From Pelagomonas calceolata (lineage: Eukaryota), in the NCBI GenBank assembly GCA_918797485.1, contig CAKKNE010000006.1, positions 1,116,001 through 1,180,000 on the forward strand: DNA of 64,000 nt. Direction: 5' to 3'. The stretch's first letter is position 1. The number at the start of each line of letters is the position of its first letter. Below the pieces are notes generated by a model, which was not told the DNA's origin, searched no databases, and worked only from the letters and a program-made list of their open reading frames with translations. Of this stretch, positions 11,692 to 22,635 are shown in pieces. Made by a program: the position numbers and the translations under genes.

Positions 11692-12222
11692 TCTGTCCTG
11701 TTCCGGCCGGACTCAACGCCGCGCGTAGCGTTTCTGCACCGCTGCTGCGTCTAACGCACCGCGTGTAGGAGCCGGTACGGTACGGGCAGCGCGCGTAGCG
11801 TTTCTACGCTGCTGCCGCGGCTAAAAGCGCCGCGTGGAGCTACGGTGCGTTGCGTCCAGAGGCGCTGGCGCCTGCGTTTCTGCAGCTTTTTGCGCGGCCC
11901 AGTGCTAGCTATGTATGCGGCGACTCGGCGCCACTGGCGTAACACGTCTGGCGAGCAAATTACAGTGAGCAATGCGTCGGGGTTTGCCGTGAAAAATTAG
12001 CACTTTTAGTGGTCGGGTTTTCCGCGAACGTCGGGAATCCCTCGCCGCGGCCCACGGAGCGTCCCGCAAGCCCTGCCAGGGCCTCCCTGCGCCGCGATTG
12101 CGCCGGCACTAGGCCCCACTAGCCGCCCAGCCTCGACGAGCACAGCGGCTGCCCGCGCCGGTATAAACCGCGCACCGCCCGAGCCGCGGAGGCAGGCGCC
12201 GGACGCAGCCGACGCGCGCGCC

Positions 12223-12441
12223 ATGGAGGTCAACCGCATCTTCTCGGCCGAGCAGATCGTCGTCTCGCCCGAGCTGCCTGGCATCCTCAAGGACTACTCG
12301 AAGGCGCTGATCCGCGAGAACCCCGACGACATCTACGCCTTTTCGGCGGAGTACTTCCGGCAGAAGGCCGGCGTGGGGGGCGAGCCCCTCTACGAGATGA
12401 CGAAGGACGCGAGGGGCAACGCGCCGACGGAGGGCGTATAA
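12223..12441 (+). CDS. Small RIIa (dimerisation/docking) domain protein, ropporin/radial spoke protein 11-like
   Basis: IFSAEQIVVSPELPGILKDYSKALIRENPDDIYAFSAEYF matches the ropporin/RSP11-type RIIa domain. Confidence 0.8.
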   Translation: MEVNRIFSAEQIVVSPELPGILKDYSKALIRENPDDIYAFSAEYFRQKAGVGGEPLYEMTKDARGNAPTEGV

Positions 12442-12614
12442 GACGCGGCCGGCGGCGGCGTGTGTGCGTGGGGCGCGGCGGCGGCGTGCTGGCGGTCCCG
12501 GCGGCGCGACGGCGGTGGCGCTCGCGGTAACGTTTGTTTTTTCGGTACCGCGCGGTCTAGGAGCGGGGTCCGATCGGGGCCTTCACGAACGAGCGGTCTA
12601 GTAGTGCGTCTTTA

Positions 12615-13060
12615 GGGCCCGGGTAAAGCCGGGTAATTATTTCTCGCCCGATTTTGAGGCATACTCCATGAGTCCTAATTAAGCTAAATTACCCTGCGAA
12701 TCCTAATACTGCGTGGAGACTTCGAATTTTATAGGGGGGTAAGCGCAATTAGTCGACGTTGATTTTGATTTTGGCGCAATGCGCGTTTAGCCACGCGCCG
12801 GCCGAATGGCGGGAAATTTTTGCTGAGGCGCAGGTTCCGTATGCTAAAATAATGGGCTGTGCGCAATCTGGTACCATGCGGGCAGCCTCGCGCAGAGCAA
12901 GCAGCTGCGACGCGGTGCGACCATTGCGATAAAACCCGAACCCCAAGCCAAAAATCGCCCCTGAGACGTATAAATTGAACCACAATTACGGAAAAATTAT
13001 TTCCTAACGTTCCATAGGTATATAGGGCTCTAAGGGAATTTCCGGCTTTTGGCTAGGCCG
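12615..13060. mobile_element. MITE-like insertion (446 bp) with a 12-bp TSD
   Basis: AGTGCGTCTTTA at 12603-12614 and 13061-13072; imperfect TIRs (GGGCCCGGGTAAAGCCGGGTAATT vs reverse complement CGGCCTAGCCAAAAGCCGGAAATT); AT-rich non-coding interior. Confidence 0.7.
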
Positions 13061-13197
13061 AGTGCGTCTTTATTACACAGCACGCTATAGTGCATGAAGA
13101 TGTCAGGCCTCGCGCCTTTTTTGCGGATGAAGCCGTAGGACTCGCACAGAGAGACGACCTCGCCCGTGTGCCACTCGCCGCTTGAACCTTGCGGCAT
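13030..13197 (-). pseudogene. Cold-shock-domain ORF truncated by the MITE (55 aa)
   Basis: MPQGSSGEWHTGEVVSLCESYGFIRKKGARPDIFMHYS contains CSD RNP1/RNP2-like motifs; the frame runs through the TSD into the element and stops. Confidence 0.6.
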
Positions 13198-13450
13198 CGC
13201 GCCTGAGCTTTGCCTTGGTTTGCAGCTATCTATCTGGTAAACCCGTTTTAATTCGAGGTAGGCCGCGCATACGCACGGCGTATATAAGTATATTTATTGC
13301 GCGTAAATCAATATCGTTCGCTCCCGGAGAAGCCCCAGGCCACTGACTGAACCTGTGTGACCCTTCACGCGGCACCCCTACGCCTGCCGCGCGCTGCGCG
13401 GCCGGCCACGTTAATACGACTACTACACTTCTTATACACATGCACAGGGC

Positions 13451-14983
13451 TCAAGACGGACCCTTCGTCTCGTCCGCGCCGCTCGCGTCGCGGCGGCGCT
13501 CGAGCAGCGCCAAGATGAGGCGCCGCATGGCGTGATTCGGGACGAGCGTGAGATTATCGAGCCGCTCGTTCGTCGTCGGCGAGGTACGCGCTCCAGTCGC
13601 GAACCACTGCTCAATAGCGACTCGCTCGTACGTGTGCGAGTCTCCGACACATAGGTACGGTTCTTTCATCAGTTCGCAGGTGATACTGCAACACATGTCC
13701 TCGGGAAGCTCGGCGGTCGATATGCGTAGCCTCTGCAGCTCGGCCCGGTGCTCCGCCAGCTCCTTTTCCAGCACAGATTGATGAGTCGCGACGTCGTGCA
13801 GCACGTCCTGCGTCTCCAGCTTCTTCTGCTTCCCGCCCGCGGCCGACGCGCCCAGGATCGCCAGACACGTCATCGGCGCGACGCCGAGCTCAATCAGATC
13901 CGTCGGCTCTAGATACGGTAGCGCGGCGTCGTCGATCTGCTGCGCCAGGAACGTCGGCAACAGCCGCGTCTCGTCGAGGTGCTGCAGTACGGCCGCGACG
14001 ACCGTGTAGCCCGCGGGTACCGGCTCCGTCTTCGACTCGTCGCGCTTCGGCTCGAGGCTGAGGTGGCGCATCGCCTCGGAGACGCCGGGCTCCCGTGGCG
14101 CCGCCGGCGAACTCTTGAGCGGCGGGAAGTCGCGCGCGTCGGCCTCGCGTTTCGCCAGGGCCTCCTCCCGCTCTATCAGCGCCTGCTCGCGCGCCTTGAG
14201 CTCCGCATCTCGTTGCTTAGCCGAGCCAGGCGCCAAGCGAACGAGGCCGCCGAGGGTGGGTTCCCCGGGGCTGACTCTGGGGTCGTAAATCAACCTTCGT
14301 GAACTCATGACAAACTGCCTAAGATCTTTGTAGCCGACGGCCCTGACGTCGAGGGGCTTGCCGTGGCGTTCCACGTATCGCTCAGCTAAGCGCGTGACGC
14401 GCATCTCGCCGCCGTTCGCTTCGACAAGATCCACGAGCTCGCGGTCGATGGCCTTGATTTGGATCGGGCCCATGAACTCCGCCCGCTGGATGCAGACGAC
14501 GTCCGTGGCCTTCCACTGGGGCGCGCCCGTCCGTCGGTTCTTCGTTCTCGCGTCGACAATTCTAAACTTGCAGCGGTCGCCCTGCGACAAGTAACCGTCC
14601 GGCGCGTCCTCTTCCGACACAAAGACCTCATTCCCCGAATGGTCGATCTTGATGAACCCGTAGCAGTGCCTGGAGGCCCTGCCGTCCTTGTTAAAGTTCC
14701 CGAAGTTCGTCACCGTGCCCTGGAAGATTGTGTCCGGCGGCGGCGGCGCGAGCGCCATTGGAGGCGGCGGCGCGTAGGCGCCGGGGTACATGGGCCCGCC
14801 GTACATGGGCATAGCCGCGTAGGGGTCGTAGGCGGGCGGCGCCGGGTACATCAGGCCGTCGGGCCCCATGACGAAGGCGGGCGCCATCGGCGGCGCCTCC
14901 GCCGCCGCCTCCGAGGCCAAGGGTTCGAGTAACTCAGCATCCCTCGACAGAGTTTCGCGCACCGCAGGTGTCTCGTTCGCCAT
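13451..14983 (-). CDS. Cold-shock + OST-HTH/LOTUS + SAM + U-box protein (putative RNA-binding E3 ligase)
   Basis: CSD (YGFI...EVFV...LSQGDRCKF), LOTUS-like (LAERYVERHGKPLD...GYKDLRQF), SAM-like (FLAQQIDDAALPYLEPTDLIELGV), U-box (PEDMCCSITCELMKEP...HTYERVAIEQW...LVPNHAMRRLI). Confidence 0.8.
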   Translation of the reverse strand: MANETPAVRETLSRDAELLEPLASEAAAEAPPMAPAFVMGPDGLMYPAPPAYDPYAAMPMYGGPMYPGAYAPPPPMALAPPPPDTIFQGTVTNFGNFNKDGRASRHCYGFIKIDHSGNEVFVSEEDAPDGYLSQGDRCKFRIVDARTKNRRTGAPQWKATDVVCIQRAEFMGPIQIKAIDRELVDLVEANGGEMRVTRLAERYVERHGKPLDVRAVGYKDLRQFVMSSRRLIYDPRVSPGEPTLGGLVRLAPGSAKQRDAELKAREQALIEREEALAKREADARDFPPLKSSPAAPREPGVSEAMRHLSLEPKRDESKTEPVPAGYTVVAAVLQHLDETRLLPTFLAQQIDDAALPYLEPTDLIELGVAPMTCLAILGASAAGGKQKKLETQDVLHDVATHQSVLEKELAEHRAELQRLRISTAELPEDMCCSITCELMKEPYLCVGDSHTYERVAIEQWFATGARTSPTTNERLDNLTLVPNHAMRRLILALLERRRDASGADETKGPS

Positions 14984-15166
14984 TCCTGCAGCTCTTTGAT
15001 CAAATTGCTGAGAGTGCCTTGTAGGCAATATTATACGGCTCGCTTTCAGCGCTTTTGCAGCTCGCCAGCTCCCGCCCAGCGCGGGTCTCGATAAAAGCTC
15101 TGCGAAGACTAGCGCAAGCTGTAGCGAGCGCTACACGGCTTGTGACCTTTTCGACTTGCTGGATGC

Positions 15167-15187
15167 CTAGTGTCTTACGGGCGCTAG
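15167..15187 (+). promoter_or_regulatory. Recurrent intergenic motif CTAGTGTCTTACGGGCGCTAG
   Basis: Consensus match about 185 bp upstream of the U-box gene. Confidence 0.6.
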
Positions 15188-15310
15188 CAATGGGAGTACT
15201 ACCTGGGGGTGGGTTCAATAAGTGGCTCTCTCTCTCTCTCTCTTGGGAGCCCTGAAACGCCGCAAAAAATTGGATTCACGGGGTCCAAACAAGCAAGAAC
15301 CAGACATAAC

Positions 15311-15940
15311 TTACTGCGCCGCCGCCTTGACCACCCGCTCGAAGACGAGCGTCGCCTCGCCCCGGTTCGCGTTCGACTGGAGCGCGCTCATCACCGAATC
15401 AAAATTCTTCCGGTCCGTCGGCAGGAAGGCTATTTGCTTCGTCCCCTCGGACAAGCCCACGCTGAACCCAAAGTCCTCTTCCGACGCCTGCTGGATGTTC
15501 AACGCCATGCCCGTCGTGCCCCTTAAAATATCTCCGACCCGAATGCCCGCCTTCGCCGCGTTGCTATCGGGCACGACGTCGATGACCTCGATCTTCCCCC
15601 GGTAATTCGCCGACTCCTCGATGACCATGCCGAGGGGCGTCGGGACCACCACAGAAGCAATAGCAGTGGTGTCGTCCTTGCGAGAAGGCTCGAAGATTTC
15701 GTTGAGCGGCTTGTACTGCGGCCCGAGGTAGACCGAGACTCGTCCGAAGAAGTAGCGCGTCTGCAGGAATTCCAGCGTTTCTTTCTTGGCGTCGGCCTGC
15801 GCGTCCGTGAGGGGCGGCGGCGCCGCCTCATCTACCTCAGCGACCTCGGCGTGCAAGGCGCTTCGCCTGATACATGACCGCGGTGCGACGAGCGACAGCG
15901 CCGGTGCGACGAGCAATGCGATGAGGATTGATTTGGTCAT
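15311..15940 (-). CDS. PDZ-domain protein with signal peptide (probably plastid-targeted)
   Basis: Hydrophobic leader MTKSILIALLVAPALS; PDZ motif PLGMVIEE...VVPDSNAAKAGIRVGDIL. Confidence 0.75.
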   Translation of the reverse strand: MTKSILIALLVAPALSLVAPRSCIRRSALHAEVAEVDEAAPPPLTDAQADAKKETLEFLQTRYFFGRVSVYLGPQYKPLNEIFEPSRKDDTTAIASVVVPTPLGMVIEESANYRGKIEVIDVVPDSNAAKAGIRVGDILRGTTGMALNIQQASEEDFGFSVGLSEGTKQIAFLPTDRKNFDSVMSALQSNANRGEATLVFERVVKAAAQ

Positions 15941-16140
15941 GGCTGCGGAGTGTTGGGCTGAGGCTGCAAGGCTGGTGTTACTGAGTGAGTGTTGCACAAG
16001 CTTCGCACAAGTTGCAACTCAAGTGAGGGATCAATGCCGGTGTCCAATGGCTGCGCAGAGTACTCTATGCGTGCAAGAGCTGCCGATGTCCCGCGTAGAT
16101 GGTGTGGACGCGTGCGTTTTGTCACGGCCACGCTGGCAAG

Positions 16141-16161
16141 CTAGTGTCTTACAACCGCTAG
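16141..16161 (+). promoter_or_regulatory. Recurrent intergenic motif CTAGTGTCTTACAACCGCTAG
   Basis: Consensus match between divergent genes. Confidence 0.6.
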
Positions 16162-16481
16162 CTCGCAACGCTCCGCAAACGAGGCCATACCTCGCAAAGA
16201 CACATATCGCCGACGAAACCCAGCGTTCCCGGGCGCACCCGCAGCTCGAGTTGTGGCGCTGCAGACAGAGGGCTTGCTCTCCGGCGGCGCTCGCGGCGCG
16301 GCGACCGCTACTGCGGCGTGAGACCCGCCCGAGGGGACCGCAGCATACCACCGCGGCGACGGCTTCCGGCGAAGACCGCCCCGCGCGCGCGGGGCTGCCC
16401 ACAGACTTGGGGAGCGCCGGGGGCAGCCGCGGAGCGCACGCCGCCGCCGCGCGACGCGGGAAGCAGCAAGCAGGGTAAACG

Positions 16482-18732
16482 ATGGCGCCCCCCTTCCTCA
16501 AGAAGCGCACGACGAAGGAGGCGAGTTCGCGCAAGCTCTCGGTCCGCATCCGGAGCGACCAGAAGGAGACCAAACAACAGAGAGAACGCCGGCGCGCGGC
16601 CATCTCGACCGGGTCCGCGAACATCCGCGATGAGGACATGTTAGCCCATGGCGTAAGTGAGGACATCGTGGCCTCCTTCGCGGTCAAAGAGAAGAAGGCC
16701 GATGTACCACAATGGATGCTCGACCTAAAAACGCCGGTCAAACGGCCGAAATTACCTTTACCAGGATTCTATCACTCGCCCGACGAACTGAAGCCCCAGG
16801 CCTGCATCGACGAGTGGGCGCGCGTGTCGCACGCGTCCATGGGCTCGACGGGCGTGTTAACAGATGTACTTAGTCCATTGGACTTCGACGCTGCTACGGA
16901 TCAGTCCCGCAGCTTCTTCCGAGAGGAGGCCTCGCGCGCCATCATTCAACGAAAAAAAGAGTTGGTCGTCGATACGTTCATTCCCAAGGGCTCCATCCTC
17001 TACGACGACTGGGAGGGCGGCGTGTCGCGGCGGAAGAACAAGGCCCCCAACAAGACGTTTAAGCGACGGGCGTATTACTTCTCTCTTTTACAAAAACGGA
17101 GATTGGACTCCCTACACGGCGCGGGTTCCGGCGAGTACGCGCGTTTACTCTTAGAACTCACGGGCAACGCCGACGCCGCGCTACGTTCCGAATTGGAGCG
17201 CGAGCGCGAGCGGCGCCTGCAGGCCTTGATCGTACGCGTGAAGCTGAGGATGCTCACGGAGCACTTCGAGGCGTTTGTGGAGTACATGCGGCGGTGCTTC
17301 TACGTCAAAGAAAAGTTCGCGAAGATGCTAGCTGCTGTGTGGAAATCAAACAGTGATTCGGGTGCATCGGCGATGGCGCGGCCGTCCTGGCTCGGTCGAG
17401 CGGTGAGGGACGAGCACCACCACGCTATCGAGCAGGCGTCGCGTTGATGGCGTGGAGGTCGACGCGACGATTCAGCACGAACGTGCCGTAAAATTTTGAT
17501 GTCCACACAGGTTAGCCGGCCTCAAGCGCCTGACCTTCCTGGGCTGGAAGAAGTACGCCTACACGGAGAAGCGCGTGCGCAAACTGAGGATCAAGGTCTT
17601 CATGCACCTGCAGCTGCACGTGGTCGAGACGTGGCGGGCCGTCACAGATTTAAATATGGAGCGTAGAAGGTGGTTCCACGACTGGAAGGAGAACGCCGAC
17701 AAGCAGATGAAGCAGAGAAATAAGATCGGCGACTTCCTCATGTGTAATCATTTGCAGAAAAGGTTTAGCGCGTGGGCGGTCTGGACGAAGCGCATCAAAG
17801 CAGCGAAGCGACTCGCGTATCGAGTCTTCGGCGGTTCGAAACGCATCCACTATTATGCGTGGAGAGATTACACGAAACGAGCGAAGCGCATTAGGCACTT
17901 CATGAAGCTGTTTTGCGGGAACCATCTGAGGGATCATTATGAGGCGTGGCGCGACTTCACGGTCATGAGCGTCAAGGGCCGGCGGTTGTGCGGCTACCTC
18001 TTCGCCAAGGGCCAGAAGCGCATCTTCATTGCTTGGAGAAGACAGTGCCAGCAGGATCGCGCGGAGCGGTTGCGGGCGGAGGCAGAACGCGCTGGGGATG
18101 ATTTAGTGGCGCGCTTCTACGCCAAGGAACAGCATGCCGCTCTACACAGGAAGCCTCTTGAGAGATCACCGGTGAATCGCGTGCGCCATACCTCGTCCCG
18201 ACGGCTGGCGAGGGCGCCGCCCGGGTGGGACGCCTCGGCCGAGTTCACGTATATTGGTTCTGTGCTGCCGCGGCCGCCCCCCAAGATGCCGCGGGGCGGG
18301 CTCACGCCCCAGGCGACGCCCCGGGCCGCGGCGCCGGCGCCCGCCGCGGCGCCGGCGCCCGCCGCGGCGACCCCCTCCTTGCGCGCCTTGGCTTCGGCGA
18401 CCTCCGCGCTGGGCGTCGGCGCGGCGTCGTCGAGGGCGCCCGCGCCGGCGCCCGCGGGAGATGTCATAGACGCGCCGGCGCCGCGCTTCTCGATTTTACG
18501 AGGCTGGTCGCAGCCGACGACGGGCATTGAATCAAAGTACGCGGTCGTGGCAGCTAGGCGGCCTAGCTCTAGCAAAGCAAAATCTAGTATGTCTCTCTCC
18601 ATGATCAGCGCCCTGCGGAACAGCGCCGCCAAGCGCCGCAGTGTGCTCCTGCATCGCAAGCGTTGGAAAGAAGTGCGTGGGCAGCCTGACGAGACGTCAC
18701 GGGCAGCCCCGAGACGTCACTCGCAGCCGTAA
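16482..18732 (+). CDS. Protein with Sfi1-like (centrin-binding-type) Trp repeats; exons 16482-17326 and 17511-18732 (688 aa)
   Basis: Splicing 17327-17510 gives AKMLAGLKRLTFLGWKK; repeated F/YxxW motifs (FLGWKK, FSAWAV, YYAWRD, YEAWRD, FIAWRR). Confidence 0.65.
17335..17510. mobile_element. Introner element, family A, opposite orientation to 741-899 (GC-AG intron 17327-17510)
   Basis: TIRs CTGTGTGGAAATCAA / TTGATGTCCACACAG; degenerate TSD GCTAGCTG / GTTAGCCG (6/8). Confidence 0.85.
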
Positions 18733-18830
18733 CACACGCGAGCACGCAAGTGGACACACTGCCTCACCCGGCGCAATTCCGGCTGCAAGACTCCCGGGGC
18801 TGCTTCGGTCTTAAGGAACGAGGAGCAAAA

Positions 18831-19403
18831 ATGCCACGGCTCGACCTTGATACCATCGAGAGCCCCGTGCCTGCTTATGCCACACCGCGCCGCGCCGAGA
18901 CGAAGGACGCGTCACCACGCTCGTCATCGCGCAGACGACGGCATGGCCTGCGCTCGCGCAGCGCCTCGCCGCCGCGACGGCGCAACGAGTCGCCGCGCCG
19001 GCGCGACAACGCCCTCGTCCAGAGCGCGCTCGCGTACTGGGGCAACCTGTGGGCCAATTTTCAAGATGCCAACCTCGACGAGCTCTTCGAATTTGAGGCG
19101 CGGCACTTCGAGAGGTTTGAGCCCGACGTCGACGAGCACAGCCACGAGCACCACGCCTTGCATCGGCGCTACCGCGACTTGTACGAACGGGCCCTCGAGA
19201 GGCACCTGAAGACGACGCTCGGCGCGACGCCGCAGAAGTTTTATGCTGCCTTAGAGAGAGATGCCGCGGACGGCGATGCCGCGCGGCGGAGCACTGCGCT
19301 GGCCTTCCTCGCCGTCGTGAGAAAGGCCGACGACTACGCTCTCTTCGCGGCGTCCATGCGCGAGGCGGCGAAACACGCGCGATGGCTCGAAGAGCCCGAC
19401 TAA
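18831..19403 (+). CDS. BART-domain (ARL2BP/CFAP36-like) protein
   Basis: F...DEHSHEHHALHRRYRDLYERALERHL...DDYALFAASM resembles the BART domain. Confidence 0.65.
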   Translation: MPRLDLDTIESPVPAYATPRRAETKDASPRSSSRRRRHGLRSRSASPPRRRNESPRRRDNALVQSALAYWGNLWANFQDANLDELFEFEARHFERFEPDVDEHSHEHHALHRRYRDLYERALERHLKTTLGATPQKFYAALERDAADGDAARRSTALAFLAVVRKADDYALFAASMREAAKHARWLEEPD

Positions 19404-19404
19404 G

Positions 19405-20682
19405 TTATCGTTTTACGAAGCGCACGGGCGCCGCGCCCAGGCCCGCGACGGGCGGCGCGCGGTCGGCGGCGAAGGTTCGCTTCTGGCTGCTCCCTGGCCG
19501 CCGCCGCTGCGGTTGTGAGGCGCGCGGCGGCGTCGCGCGCCGCGTCTGCGGCAGGACTAAAATCGGATCCCCTTTCCCTGCCGGTCGTGCCGGCGCGTTG
19601 ATTGTCTCGCGACTCAGCACCGCCTCGCGCGACTCCGCCGTATTGAGCGCGCACTCGCGCGACACGTCGTCGTAGGCCTCGCACCGTAACCTCGTAATGT
19701 CCTCGGCCTCCTCCGCCGCGTATAACCGCGTCGCGAGGAACCGCCGCACCGGCTCGCTACAATCAACTTGTGACGTCATGCGCCCGGCCTGCCGCCGGAT
19801 CCACCGCCTAGCCGTTTCCTTCTGGAACGCGACGCGCGCCATGGCGTCGTGGAAGGCATTTTCGACCTCCTGGCGCGCGTTCATGCGGTCGGGCGACAGG
19901 ACTTTTGTACTATCATGTCTGTTACCGGGCGACAGCAATTTTGGAGTCTGGCCGGGTGATAATACTGGCGCCGTGTGGACCAAGAGCTCCTGTTTTTCTT
20001 TAGATTTCCATCGTTGCGTGGGCGAATCCACATTAGGAGAGGGCGGCGCCCTCGACCCGAGCTCAGCGAGCTTCTCGTCGACATCCAACCTCAGTCTATG
20101 TTCGTACGCCTCCCACTCGACGTCGACCCGCGCGAGCTGCAAGGCGAAGGCCTCCCGCAGGTCGAATCTCGCACTCTCTCTCCAAGCCTCGGCGGTCTTC
20201 CGCCGCATCAATCGTTCTTGAGCCTCAAAATCATTTTCGGCCTTCACCGGCAAGTCCTCGCGCCCCGCCTTCAAGAGTAACGCCCTAGTTTTCCGCTCCA
20301 AATCCTCCCTTACTTTAGTGGCTTCCCTCGCCTGCTTCTGAAACAACTGGGACCACCGCCTATGAGCGTGCGCCGTCGCGCTCTCGAAGTACCGCCGCGT
20401 TTCGAGCTTGAGCAAATCGTCGACCCTTTTATAGAGATCCTCGGCCGCGGCCTTGCGCGCCGGCGTGTCGACGCAGCCCTCGCCGACGATGGCTTCTTCC
20501 CTGGCCATCAAATCGGCGAGCTGGGGTGAGAAGCGGCTCTCGAGCGGCGCCTGCTCGAGGTCGAGGTCGAGCTTGGCCCGCTCGCGGCGCCAATTACTAA
20601 GCCTCCGGGCGAAGGCGTCCGTCGAGTTCTTGGGCTTGCCTGGTTGGGTTTTAGGCGGCTGTGGCCGCGCGGGGCTGCTCAT
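19405..20682 (-). CDS. Hypothetical coiled-coil protein
   Basis: Long open frame from ATG 20682 with helical, charged composition; no recognised motif. Confidence 0.6.
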   Translation of the reverse strand: MSSPARPQPPKTQPGKPKNSTDAFARRLSNWRRERAKLDLDLEQAPLESRFSPQLADLMAREEAIVGEGCVDTPARKAAAEDLYKRVDDLLKLETRRYFESATAHAHRRWSQLFQKQAREATKVREDLERKTRALLLKAGREDLPVKAENDFEAQERLMRRKTAEAWRESARFDLREAFALQLARVDVEWEAYEHRLRLDVDEKLAELGSRAPPSPNVDSPTQRWKSKEKQELLVHTAPVLSPGQTPKLLSPGNRHDSTKVLSPDRMNARQEVENAFHDAMARVAFQKETARRWIRRQAGRMTSQVDCSEPVRRFLATRLYAAEEAEDITRLRCEAYDDVSRECALNTAESREAVLSRETINAPARPAGKGDPILVLPQTRRATPPRASQPQRRRPGSSQKRTFAADRAPPVAGLGAAPVRFVKR

Positions 20683-20774
20683 GCTGCCTCCAGAGTGCCT
20701 CCAGGGCCTCCTCCTACGGCGCCCCGCGGCCCACGGCTCGCGTGCGGCCGGGAGCGGTGTCCCTCGTGGTCCCT

Positions 20775-22370
20775 CCTCGACGCGTCGAAGGCTGCCCCGC
20801 GGGTGAGGCTGCCCCGCGGCGCGGATCACGGGCCCGCGGCACACTAGACGGTTTCCTAGAGCCTCTCATCAAACCAGCCTGCGGGACTTTAGGGCCTTCG
20901 CACGAGGCGGGAACCGGCGTGGGGGGCGTGAAACCGGGTTGACGCGACCTCGCCGACCCCATCTACCGCCGTACCGAGTTTGGTGCCGGGCAGCGCGGCG
21001 GAAGGCGGGCAACGGCAGCCCACTTTTTCACAGACGGGCCACGGTCGGCCGAAAGTGGCGAGAAAGTACTTACTTCGGAGATATATCATGGCCGGGTACG
21101 TGAACGTGCGCTGGGTGTCTTCAAACTTTGGGTTCTATGAACTTTCGCGTCGGCGCGGCCGTCGACCGGCACAAAACGGGGAGCCCTTCGCTCGTATCGC
21201 AGCCGCACGATCTTCGGAGCAGTGTGGGACCGAGACATGATGTCCGCGCTCGAGCATGCCGGAGCTGTGGAGCTGTCGATGCGATCCTGGTGATTTATCA
21301 GCGGTCGAAGACGGTGCGCCGTCGACCGTCTTGAGGGCCCGCGTTCTCGGCGCCATCAAGTTGTTGTGTCCTCCTGCTTTGGCACGGCCATCGGCGCTAT
21401 GAGACGCGGCTCCGGGCGCCTCGGCGGCGCCGAGGGGCCCCATTGCGCCTCGGTGGGCCCATTGCGCCTCGGTGGGTAAAATTCTAGGCTGTAAATTGGG
21501 AACAAAGCTTCCCCAGGTCAGCGCAAAGCGGGTCGGTCTGGGCCAATGGGTACATAAACCTATCGAATACCGAAGGAAAGGGTTATACGACGCCCCCCTA
21601 CCGAGCTACAGCCCCCCTTTGCTTCACGACCCATAGAAATGGGCAGAGAAATGGGCCCACCGAGGCGCAATGGGGCCCCTCGGCGCCGCCGAGGCGCCCG
21701 GAGCCGCGTCTCATAGCGCCGATGGCCGTGCCAAAGCAGGAGGACACAACAACTTGATGGCGCCGAGAACGCGGGCCCTCAAGACGGTCGACGGCGCACC
21801 GTCTTCGACCGCTGATAAATCACCAGGATCGCATCGACAGCTCCACAGCTCCGGCATGCTCGAGCGCGGACATCATGTCTCGGTCCCACACTGCTCCGAA
21901 GATCGTGCGGCTGCGATACGAGCGAAGGGCTCCCCGTTTTGTGCCGTATTATACGCGTCGACGGCCGCAACGACGCGAAAATGCGTGGAACCCAAAGTTT
22001 GAAGACACCCAGCGCACGTTCACAGACCCGGCCGTGATATATCTCCGAAGTACGGAATATCTCGGTACTTAAGGCGGGCCGTGGCCCGTCTGAAAAACGA
22101 CCTGCCAAAGAGGGCTGCCGTTGCCCGCCTTCCGCCTCGCCACCCGGCACCAAACTTGGCACAGCAGCAGATGAGGTCGGGCGGGTCCACGTTGCCCAGC
22201 CAGCGCCCCCCCCATGCGACTTCCCGCGTCGCGCGGGCGGCCTCAATTATGGGGCCTAACGTGCGGGTCCGCCTGCTGGTTTGCCGCGGGCTGGCTAGTG
22301 TGCCCGTGAATCCGCCCGCGTGCGGGGCGTGGTCTCGCCCCGCGAGCCCTCCGAGCCCTTCGACGGAGGA
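20775..22370. repeat. Long inverted repeat (foldback): inner arms 21167-21463 and 21650-21946, spacer 186 bp, diverged outer arms
   Basis: Inner arms are reverse complements (identical mirror ORFs appear in the track); similarity continues outward with indels to about 20775 and 22370. Confidence 0.9.
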
Positions 22371-22635
22371 CTCCTCCGACCCGAGCGCGTACAAGCCATC
22401 AAAGCGTTTTTGAGTCTAGTGTGTCTATCATCTATGTCTAGGTCACACGCCGCTCGTTAACTACAGCGCATCACCACGGCTCAGTACAGGCAATTGGAGA
22501 GCGACACGGGACTCCTAGAACCCAGCACCGCAGCTAGGGCTAGCGTTTCGCCGTAGTCTGTGAGGTGTTTCACAAGTTTGCAGTGCAGTTCAGTGCCTCT
22601 GCATCGCCGCGCGAGGCGCGAATCGAGGTGCGAAG

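Noticed and set aside
11720..11825. Short direct repeat CGCGCGTAGCGTTTCT upstream of GFAT
   Set aside because: Two-copy local duplication with no further structure.
21135..22002. Mirror ORFs 21135..21443(-) and 21670..22002(+)
   Set aside because: A by-product of the inverted repeat; no recognisable domain.
20840..22423. CACACTAGAC...GTCTAGTGTG as CACTA transposon termini around the palindrome
   Set aside because: No TSD, and the left word already pairs with CTAGTGTG at ~22295 within the diverged arms, which extend beyond 20840.
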